The notes beneath the pieces are model-generated. The model did not search any database. It was given only the letters and a program-made list of their open reading frames with translations, and was not told the DNA's origin. The translations under genes and the position numbers were made by a program. DNA of 64,000 nucleotides from assembly GCA_051362555.1 (NCBI GenBank), contig CM120644.1:19986534-20050533 (forward strand). The letters run 5' to 3'. Positions 40,511 through 49,828 of the stretch are shown piece by piece (the stretch's first letter is position 1; each line of letters begins with the position of its first letter). Source of the stretch: Lingula anatina (taxonomy: Eukaryota; Animalia; Brachiopoda).

Positions 40511-43500
40511 ATGACCCACAAACTACAAGATAAAAACGGATTTAGAATCACTAAAAAAAAAAAGGAAAAAAAAAAAATGGAGCACATGTATGGGATACAG
40601 CCGCCTCACATGGACTGGGAATCCATGGACTTACCGCGTACGTTCAAACTTTTCAAGGAAAAGTGTGAATTGATATTTGAAGGACCTTTAGATGCTGTAG
40701 CAGAGGAAAGACAAGTGAAATTTCTTCTCCTTTGGATCGGAGAAAAAGGCCGCGAAATTGTGAAAACTTTTAACATTGATGATCCAGATGTGTTGACCTC
40801 GTATTGGCAAAAATTGGAAGAATACACAAAGCCCAAGAGTAACTTTCGAATTCAGAGATTTAAACTTAGAGCATGCAGACAAGAAGCAGGTGAGAGCATT
40901 GATTCTTTTGTCAGACGAATCAGACTCGTGGCAAATGAATGCAAATATACCGATGTTGATCAACACATAATTGACACTCTCATTTTTGGCACTAACTCAG
41001 AGCGAATTCAAGCGAAATTATTACAAAGAGAGGACGATTTGACTCTAGATCAGGCTCTTGTCATTGCACGAACAGAGGAAGCAACTAAGAAACAGATTGA
41101 GGATCTTCACAGTACATCGGCAAAGGAAATTCACGCACTACGGCCAAGTGGAAACAGTCAAAGAGGGAGACCGCGTTACAGACAGCCACAACATCGCACT
41201 CCTCGCCAGCAAACTCAATCAAAGGTACCAAACAAACAACGCTCACGACAGCCACTGCAAGAATGTGGTAAGTGTGGAACTGAACATGTTTTTCAACAGT
41301 GCCCAGCTAAAGGTACAATTTGTCTCAAATGTGGCAAGCCAGATCACTGGAAAAGGGTATGTAGAACAAAAACAGTAACTGCATCGACCCATAGTAAAAC
41401 TGTGCATTCAGTAGCAAATGAAAGTGACAGTAGCAGTGTAAACTTTGACTCTATATATGTAGATAGTATTCAGTCAAAACAGTCCCCAGTCAAGCCATTT
41501 GCTGACATTGAAGTTAAAGTTGGGAACTCTACTTCAACATTACGTTGCAAAATAGACACTGGTGCTGAGGGAAATGTAATACCACTGTCTTCTTTCAAAA
41601 AACTTGCAATTCAGCAACCATTAAAGCCTACGAATGACACGATTACTGCATATGGTGGCAGTAAGTTACCAGTATGTGGAATAGCAACATTGACATTCAC
41701 AAATGACAAGGTCATGGTGACCTCAGACAGCTATATTGTGGACTGTGAAGGACCAGTTATACTAGGAATGGAAACCAGTCAGAAACTGGGACTTGTTACT
41801 CTGAACATAAATACAGTGACAAGACAGTCCATACTATCAGAGTATAAGGATATCTTTGAAGGTATCGGGAAATTGGATGGGGAATATCACATAAATATTG
41901 ACCCCACTGTTTCTCCTGTTGTTCACCCACCACGGCGTGTACCTATTGCATTGCAGCCAGCACTCAAGGAGGAGTTGGACTCTCTCGTTGAGCAAGGGAT
42001 CCTGTCACCAGTCACACAACCAACGAAATGGGTAAACTCGTGTGTATGTGTTACCAAACCCAATGGAAAAATACGTCTCTGCCTGGATCCAAAAGACTTA
42101 AATGCGGCAATTAGACGTCCACATCACTACACACCAACACTGGATGACATCCTACCTCAACTGAGTGGCGCGCGTTATTTCAGTATACTTGACCTTCAGA
42201 GTGGGTATTGGAATATCACGTTAGATGAAGAAAGTTCTCTTCTGACTACCTTCAATACGCCCTTCGGAAGATTTAGATACAACAGACTACCCTTTGGCCT
42301 CTCGCTATCTCAAGACGTCTTCCAGGCCAAGATTGAAGAAGTATTTAAAGACATTCCAGGGTGTACCGGAATCGCCGACGACCTCATCATAGCAGGTTGG
42401 CAGAAAGACGGATCTGACCACGATGCGACTCTGCGCGTAGAATTAGATACAGCCAGAAGAAAGGGGATACGCTTTAATGAAGACAAGATGATTCTTAGAA
42501 AGGAGGAAATTCCATTCTTCGGTCATATTATAGGAAAAGACGGGCTAAAACCAGACCCAGCAAAGGTAGAAGCCATTAATGTAATGAATGAGCCGAGAAA
42601 TGTATCGGAACTACAAACATTCCTTGGGATGACCAATTATCTAAGCAGATACATTCCCCACATGTCGCAACTTACAGCCAGTCTCAGAGACCTGTGCAAG
42701 AAGGATAGTGTTTTTCAGTGGAATGCTGAACACAGTATTGCATTCAATGAGATTAAAGGAGAAATAGCAAATGCAACCAACCTACAATTCTACGACAGTA
42801 GCAAGTCACTTACACTCCAAGTTGACGCTTCATCTTATGGATTAGGAGCTGCCTTAATCCAGGATAAAGGCCCAGTTGCATATGCTAGCAAAGCACTCAC
42901 AGAAACAGAGTCACGTTACTCCAACATTGAACGCGAGATGTTAGCAGTAGTGTTTGGTCTTGAAAAGTTTCACCATTATGTCTATGGTAGACATGTTAAA
43001 GTAGAGACTGATCACAAGCCTCTAGAAGCCATTTTCAAGAAGCACCTACACAACGCACCACCGCGTCTGACCCGCATGTTGCTGAGAACGCAGTGTTATG
43101 ACACAGAGATTGTGTATGTCCCAGGCAAAAATATAGGACTAGCTGATGCCCTCTCTCGCATGAAACCTTGTGATGGTGACGACATCAAAGGACTTGACAT
43201 TACAGTACATGAATTACACTCGTACATGAACGCAAGTCCAACACGCATTGAGCAAATTCGCGAGGAAACTAGTAAGGAACCACAGCTAGCAGCTCTTCGT
43301 GAAATGATTTCTGTAGGATGGCCAGCTACACGCAGCGAGTGTCCAGAAATTCTTCACCCATACTGGAACTACCGTGATGAGTTAGGCATCGCAGATGGAA
43401 TCATAATGAAGGGGAATAGGATGATTATTCCTACAGTACTTCGCCCTGACCTACTTAAACAGCTACATTATGCCCACCAGGGAGTGGAGAAATGTAAGCT

Positions 43501-44503
43501 ACGTGCAAAATCGTCTGTATTCTGGCCTGGCATGAATAATGATATTGAGCACACAGTCGGACTGTGTCCACCTTGCCAGAAACACCAAGCTGCCAACAGT
43601 AAGGAACCCTTATTGCCAGCAGATGTACCTCCCCGCGCATGGCACACATTAGCAGCAGATTTGTTCTATTGGAGACAAACTGACTACTTATTAGTTGCTG
43701 ACCAGTACAGCAAATATCCCTTAGTGCGGAAACTTCCAAGTACATCATCAGGCAGTGTAATTGCACACTTAAAGAGCATATTCGAGGAGCATGGCATTCC
43801 TGAGATTCTTAAAACTGACAATGGACCTCAGTTTTCATCAGAAGGATTCAAAAACTTCGCAAACACTTGGGGATTTACGCACATTACATCCTCACCTATG
43901 TATCCGCAGTCAAATGGATTCATAGAACGAATGGTACAGACTGTTAAAAGTCTATTTCAGAAAGCATGGGAATCAAATTCAGATCCCCACCTATCCATGT
44001 TATGTCTTCGCACAACACCCATTGATCACAACCTACCAGCGCCTTGTGAGTTATTGAATAACCGGAAGTATAAAACAAATATTCCCGCTGGACAGTCACA
44101 GTTGAACTCCGACTACAATGTAGCATTACAGAAGAGACAGAACGCAAGTAAAACACACTATGATCAGCATGCCAAACCGCTTGAACCTTTACATGAAGGA
44201 GAATTTGTTCGCATGTATGACACTCAGAATAATACATGGCAACCTGCCAAAGTTAAAACTGTATCAGACAAACCCAGATCTTATTATGTGGAATCCAATG
44301 GTGGAATTTACCGACGCAACAGAAAACACATTCATAAGACAAAAGAACACTTTGATTTCAGAAACAATGAGATTGAGGAAACTGATGAACCTCTTGTTGA
44401 CATTACAAACACAGAGACTGTTACAAAATGTGAAACACCTCAATCTCAACCCTTACGCAGATCAAGCAGGAACATTAAACCTCCAGAGAGACTGAACTTA
44501 TGA
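40511..44503 (+). CDS. Gag-Pol polyprotein (Gag with two CCHC-type knuckles, protease, RT, RNase H, integrase)
   Basis: 1330 aa open. Motifs: CGKCGTEH..C, CLKCGKPDHWKRVC, IDTGAE, LDLQSGYW, RLPFGL, IADD, VDAS, TDHKPL, ADALSR, LHYAHQG..CPPC, TDNGPQF, SNGFIER. The true start may be MEHMY (~40577). Confidence 0.97.
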   Translation: MTHKLQDKNGFRITKKKKEKKKMEHMYGIQPPHMDWESMDLPRTFKLFKEKCELIFEGPLDAVAEERQVKFLLLWIGEKGREIVKTFNIDDPDVLTSYWQKLEEYTKPKSNFRIQRFKLRACRQEAGESIDSFVRRIRLVANECKYTDVDQHIIDTLIFGTNSERIQAKLLQREDDLTLDQALVIARTEEATKKQIEDLHSTSAKEIHALRPSGNSQRGRPRYRQPQHRTPRQQTQSKVPNKQRSRQPLQECGKCGTEHVFQQCPAKGTICLKCGKPDHWKRVCRTKTVTASTHSKTVHSVANESDSSSVNFDSIYVDSIQSKQSPVKPFADIEVKVGNSTSTLRCKIDTGAEGNVIPLSSFKKLAIQQPLKPTNDTITAYGGSKLPVCGIATLTFTNDKVMVTSDSYIVDCEGPVILGMETSQKLGLVTLNINTVTRQSILSEYKDIFEGIGKLDGEYHINIDPTVSPVVHPPRRVPIALQPALKEELDSLVEQGILSPVTQPTKWVNSCVCVTKPNGKIRLCLDPKDLNAAIRRPHHYTPTLDDILPQLSGARYFSILDLQSGYWNITLDEESSLLTTFNTPFGRFRYNRLPFGLSLSQDVFQAKIEEVFKDIPGCTGIADDLIIAGWQKDGSDHDATLRVELDTARRKGIRFNEDKMILRKEEIPFFGHIIGKDGLKPDPAKVEAINVMNEPRNVSELQTFLGMTNYLSRYIPHMSQLTASLRDLCKKDSVFQWNAEHSIAFNEIKGEIANATNLQFYDSSKSLTLQVDASSYGLGAALIQDKGPVAYASKALTETESRYSNIEREMLAVVFGLEKFHHYVYGRHVKVETDHKPLEAIFKKHLHNAPPRLTRMLLRTQCYDTEIVYVPGKNIGLADALSRMKPCDGDDIKGLDITVHELHSYMNASPTRIEQIREETSKEPQLAALREMISVGWPATRSECPEILHPYWNYRDELGIADGIIMKGNRMIIPTVLRPDLLKQLHYAHQGVEKCKLRAKSSVFWPGMNNDIEHTVGLCPPCQKHQAANSKEPLLPADVPPRAWHTLAADLFYWRQTDYLLVADQYSKYPLVRKLPSTSSGSVIAHLKSIFEEHGIPEILKTDNGPQFSSEGFKNFANTWGFTHITSSPMYPQSNGFIERMVQTVKSLFQKAWESNSDPHLSMLCLRTTPIDHNLPAPCELLNNRKYKTNIPAGQSQLNSDYNVALQKRQNASKTHYDQHAKPLEPLHEGEFVRMYDTQNNTWQPAKVKTVSDKPRSYYVESNGGIYRRNRKHIHKTKEHFDFRNNEIEETDEPLVDITNTETVTKCETPQSQPLRRSSRNIKPPERLNL

Positions 44504-44813
44504 ATAAATTCAGTAATAGTGACTGTAACAAGTCAGTTGTGAAAGTGTCACAAATTGACTGTAATTTGAATAAGCTTAATCATAATTGTTTCATTTATGA
44601 ACTCTGGACTTGAGATTCTGTTGACTTTTGTGTTAAAACAAAAAAACAAAAAAAAAAAAAAAACATTTACATGTGCCTATGAACTGTGAACATTGAAATG
44701 TCTTGGAGACAAAGACAACACGGACAGTGAACTGATTATGTTTATTAGCAACTTTAAAAAAAAATAATAATAATTCCAGGATTTATTTTTATTAAAAAAA
44801 AAAAAAAGGGAGA

Positions 44814-44961
44814 TGTTGCATATTGTAATGTAATTAACATATCTCCCATAATGCATTGTTCTTTCTCTACCAGTTAGCCAGCATGGCTGGATGTGTTATG
44901 TAATAAATGAGTTATTAAAAAATGTTAACTTGAGTTACATAACAACAGAAAAACTACGACA
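44814..44961 (+). repeat. 3' LTR
   Basis: Identical by eye to 40313-40460. Confidence 0.97.
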
Positions 44962-47900
44962 GAGATGGCATAAATACACCAACCAACCAGTACAGTACTA
45001 GTATATAGATATGTCTGATAGAAAGTCTGTTACAATCCAAAACTTAATTTTCCCCCTTGTACAAATAAAATAAAAATATTGACATCTTACAGTGATTTAT
45101 ATTTCCAATTATAATTTAATAAGGTTATATACATAATAAATGGTCATTTTAATGTGTGAGTCATATCTTTTTATGTAGGATATTATTCAATAAGAAGTCG
45201 TTGTTTGTGGGGGACTGGCAGGTGTAAGGCAAATATATGATCAGTGTCGCCAGAAATATCACAAGAAAGTAAAAAGGTTAGTTAAGCAAAGGATTAATTT
45301 TTGCAATTAAGCAGTTAATTAAAAAATGAAAGTAAAAATCTATATTTGTTTCACTTCTATTAAATTATATTATTCTGTTACTCTATCCTAAGAATTGATG
45401 TGCAAGAGATATTGCATGAAGTTGATCATGATCGGAAACTAAGGATACGAAGGGCTTTAAATCGACAAGTTTTTAAATCACAGATAAATATTATTTTTAT
45501 GTATAGACACAGAGACCTATCTGTCTTGATCATTTAAGCCATGCACTTTCAGCGATAACACAATATGTGGAAAACTATTTAGTCTAAAACCCTTTTCTGG
45601 TCACAAAAATTGCCAAGTCATCATACTGTCAGTTTCAACTAACTTAAGATTATAGAAAGATAATTGTATGATGGAGCCACTTATCAGTAAAAGTTGTTTG
45701 ATTCGTTCATTTGAGGAATGTATCAGTCAGATTATTCACATGTATATACTTTCAAAATGACATTTCATTTTAGGTTTTCATGTGATAATATCAACTATTT
45801 CTTTTCAGGGACCAAATTGGATTTGGTCTGTGGATGGTAATGACAAGTTTCAGTTCTTCCATATTTACATACATGGATGCATTGATACATTTTCACGCAA
45901 GATTTTGTGTATGTATATAATGTACTGTTTTAAGTAAAAAACCAATTTGAAAAACTCTATCCCTTATCTAACCACACACTACTGGGTTTCAAAGAGTTTA
46001 CTAGTATTATCCATTTCTGATTTTGCCATTGTAACATACTAGTTTGGGGTATATTTCAACACTGTGGTCTTCTTAAACATCTGTGCTAATAGTTACCGTT
46101 TTTTAATAGTCTGCCCTAATAGAACTAGAAGTGACCCAGGGACAGAGAATGTAGACTTAATTGAATGCCAAATGTTCCTAAGAAGAAATAGCAGTGATCA
46201 GCATGCTTTCTCCGATAGTCACATCATGGGGCCTTCACCACTGAACTAGGTATGTAAATTTCTTATTATATTTACCCATTTGTCACAAGGATGTCTATTA
46301 AAGCCTGTAGTTGGATCACGCACTATTCTGATGTCATGCATTTATTTCAGAAAATAGAGTGTTTCTGGTCAACTTTCCTAAAGAGAGTTTTAATCCGTTG
46401 GCATATCATAGAATGACTGATAAATTCACAAGTATTATACTTTTCAGGGTTTGCACAGAGACGGTTGGTATGACAGACACAGTTGCATTGACAAGTGGTG
46501 CATGGTATTTGTTTACTTGCCTCTGATACAACATGATATAGATGCATTTCAACTGTGGTGGAACAACCACAAAATAAGACACCAAAGGCAGGTGTGGTTA
46601 CCCACTGGTGCTGCTCCAAATGACATTTATGCATTTCCACATTTATATGGTAAATTTGGCAATTTCAGTTACATGTTTAGCATATAAAAGATTGAAATAT
46701 TTAAAACTTAAGACATTTTTGTATTAAAAATCTTTTACTTTAAATATGAACACGTAGTCAATTTTACACATCACCATGTTCTTGTGGCATTGGCTATGTG
46801 ACTAAATGGAACAACTGGCTTAAGGTATATCAACCTACATATTTTATGCAATATATATTTGCAGGCGGTCACCAGTGTGGATTCACTGTCAGTGATAGAG
46901 ATTTGGCAGAAGTTGCATGAGAAAAAACACTGAACTATGAACAATCTGCTCGTGTGCCACAGGACTTCTATAATGAAGCAACTAACTTCACTGCCACTAA
47001 CCACTTGACAATAGAAATATCCACTGAAGAGGAGAGTTATATTCAACTAAGGAGACACTTCATCCTAGAAAGATCTGCATTACAGTCATCTACATATGTG
47101 TAAAATGTAATATTAATGTTTCTGCACCAACCTACAAATTCCAAATTGCTGTACAGGAAAAAAGAGAATAAAGAATCACAAAAGAGGTTATTTTCCTTTT
47201 TTTGATACATTAATACAATGCGCAACAGGCTACACAACCCATTTTTATGAAACCACAAGTTCTGTAAGACAAAAAGGTAAATTGGTTTTCCCTTGATGGT
47301 GTTATCTCTTTATGTGCATGGAGATGCTGGTGTCACACCTGTCAGTACATAAAAATTCAACCACTTTTCAATAAACTTGACAATACATATAATTCAAAGT
47401 CTCTATCCCAGCATAGCTGTCAAAACTACAAAAAAAGAATTAAAAAAATGCACAAAGTAGGTAACTGTCAATACTAATGCAAAATACAGTATGCTTAACA
47501 GGAAGTCGAACAGCATTGTAGGTATATGTCTGTTAGGAATATGTTACTAGCAGACCCATGTCAGTTCAAATTCACAGTTAAAATATGCAAGCAAGAGAAA
47601 TATGAACATTCAAATAAAAATGCATAAATTTCAGAAAAAAAAACAATCAAGCTGGGTTCCCAATTTGATCTGTGCTTAAGAATTATTATTGGATTTTCAA
47701 ACTAATATGTCACTGTTTTTTCTTTATAATGTTACTATTGGCAGTACACAATTTGTTTTGCCAAATCTGATACAATTTTACGTAATGATACAACCTTGAA
47801 CTGTCTATCATAATAGTATAATGTATAAAAGGTCACTGCCATTTGACTTCATGCCTTTGGGGGTTAAATCCCTCAATAAAAATGCTAATATTTTAAAAAT

Positions 47901-48699
47901 ATTGAACGCACATAAAAGGCAGTCAAACTGGTGCAAGTCTAGGTACAATTCAGACCAAGAACCCTTTCAGTAGGTTTGAGAGCCACGAGTAGCATGACGT
48001 TAATGGCCATTAAGGTGAGAGTGACCAAAATTTATTTTCCCTCACTTTTGATGCTATATTACATAATGCTTAAGAGCATAATCACCACCAATTCTTAATT
48101 ATGCAATGCAGTTAAAATGGTATTTATAAAAAATTAATTAGCAAAGGTATTTAGGCCCATGATACTTGAAAATTCCACTACGTACACAAGTGAGAACTAT
48201 AACTAATGAGTTTACTTCCATTTTCAACAATTAAGTCAATGATAAAAACAGCACAACTTTAATAAAATTGTCCTATCATTTTTGATTACCAGTTTACTCC
48301 TTCCTATTCAAGTTCAGTAGTAACAATGGGTGTATCTCTGCTAATTTTGGTGTATTTTACATTTTATTTTCACATCTGAATATTGGATGTTGAACTATTT
48401 GATACAGAACAATGCCCGAGCCCTAACGAAAAAAAAAAAAAAATACAAAAAAAAAAAAAAAAAAAAAAAAACTGCAGTGTTGCGCATGCAAAGCTCTACA
48501 AAATGAAAAAAACAAGGTCTCTAGCAATGCTGGTTCCAGAATAAGAGAGTTTTTAGTTTGGCATCTAATAGCCACTACTCGTCTGAAAATGCCCCAATTG
48601 ACCCCAAACTCACGAAGATCAAAGATTACCATAAGGGTAACACCTGCCCATTGTATTATAGATTAGATCTGTTTAGTTTCTGAAAATAGACAATAACAA

Positions 48700-48991
48700 C
48701 TGTTTTTCACAAGAAAGTTAGCAATTTTAGAAAAATGTGACCTGTTTGACCTTGAAATAATGCGCTCTAGGAGGAGAAGCGGTAACGGTGACTTGTAGTT
48801 CACGACACCCTGCAGAGCCATATGAGATAGGTCGGGACTAAAGCCATGAATACTACAATACAATACAATACAATAAATTTTATTTCATGTCGGTTACAAA
48901 TTGAATGGAAACATTAGCTTTACAGCTATTCTCCGACTGTATAAGGACAAAAACATATCTACAAAAATGCAATATTACACATGAAGTCTAG

Positions 48992-49022
<31 letters not shown>

Positions 49023-49572
49023 ACAAAGAGTAAACAAAAACACGAAATCTATTAAGATAACAATTTAGAAAAAAGAGAAAAAAGTTTTTTTTATGGAAAA
49101 TGTGCAGAATGCTATACCTAAATCAACTGTGAAAAACAGACAATTTTACATACAATGCTCAATGATACAGTTATATAAACAATGTAAACATGACGTATTA
49201 TTACACATTTTCACTAAAAGCATATAGGTTACACAGGCTACATCTGCATTTGGGTCCTTCCCAAAGCCTTAAAAGTGATTTAAACTCATTTGAATTGATG
49301 CTTTGCTTTAAGTCATTTGAGAGATCATTCCATATTTTTGGCCCAAGATATGATAAGGATTTTTACTGCCAGCGTACATGCTGGTGGTACTAAAGAGTGT
49401 TTTTTTTTTAATATTCTAGCTCCATAAAATCCCTTCTCATCGTGGCATTGGCCTAGCATGGAACCAATATCCCAGGCTGTTGGGCGGTTTTCCCTTTACA
49501 AATCACATCCTCCTCTTCATGTTCGGTGCAATGTCGGAATTTGGAACAGCCCCTCCCTGCCTCATTCGCCAT
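48700..49572 (-). pseudogene. Remnant of a second, convergent gene of the IS3EU-like element
   Basis: gcaATGGCG at the inner end of the right TIR gives MANEAGRGCSKFRHCTEHEEEDVICKGKTAQQPGILVPC*ANATMRRDFMELEY. After the LINE fragment it appears to resume as IHGFSPDLSHMALQGVVNYKSPLPLLLLERII, though the join needs a frameshift. Confidence 0.4.
48854..49409 (-). mobile_element. 3' fragment of a CR1/L2-group LINE
   Basis: Minus strand reads KSLSYLGPKIWNDLSNDLKQSINSNEFKSLLRLWEGPKCRCSLC, then a 3' UTR with aataaa and an (attgt)n tail. Confidence 0.8.
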
Positions 49573-49828
49573 TGCTTTTTTCTTTCTCGCACTTTCTCGC
49601 GAGATTTTGTGTTTTTTTTAAATTTCATCTTGAAAATGAAACACGATTGATCTCTCGGGATTTCGCACGACCGCGCGGGATTACGCGCGATCTCGCGGGA
49701 TTACACGCGATTTCGCAATTTTTTTTTCAAAAAAAATTTTTTTCAATTTTTTTTTAATTTTTTTTTTCAAATTTTTTTTTTAAATTTTTTTTTTTTTTTC
49801 TTCCGCTTGGCCCTCCTGGGATTCCATA
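49573..49828 (-). repeat. Right TIR
   Basis: Mirror of 38079-38375; contains the palindrome TCTCGCGAGA at 49595-49604. Confidence 0.85.

Larger units (their letters stand above)
40313..44961 (+). mobile_element. Full-length Ty3/Gypsy (Mag-type) LTR retrotransposon
   Basis: Identical 148-bp TG..CA LTRs; 5-bp TSD GAGAT at 40308-40312 and 44962-44966; PBS tggtgtcagaatcgggat at 40461 (tRNA-Leu-like); PPT aaaaaaagggaga before 44814; single intact ORF. Confidence 0.97.
38376..47103 (+). pseudogene. Intron-rich DDE (IS3/integrase-core type) transposase, at least 11 exons, inactivated
   Basis: Mostly GT-AG exons, phases compatible except at decayed segments: 38376-38483, 38828-38945, 39592-39682, 40139-40214, 45179-45276, 45393-45483, 45809-45908, 46110-46249, 46351-~46430, 46448-46649, 46865-47103. 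Translation includes a Cys-rich N-terminus, WSERTLKRRL, GLAGVRQI, GPNWIWSVDGNDK..IHGCIDTFSRKIL, RSDPGTEN, N*KIECFW and WNNHKIR..PTG. There are several stops, one donor mutated to AT (45484), and a decayed exon at ~46000-46080. Confidence 0.85.
38079..49828 (+). mobile_element. IS3EU-like DNA transposon, 11.75 kb including nested insertions
   Basis: Termini TATGGAATCCCAGGAGGGCCAAGCG / CGCTTGGCCCTCCTGGGATTCCATA; imperfect ~260-300-bp TIRs; AATTTTT duplicated at 38072-38078 and 49829-49835, and removal restores the satellite monomer; spliced integrase-core DDE transposase inside. Confidence 0.85.
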
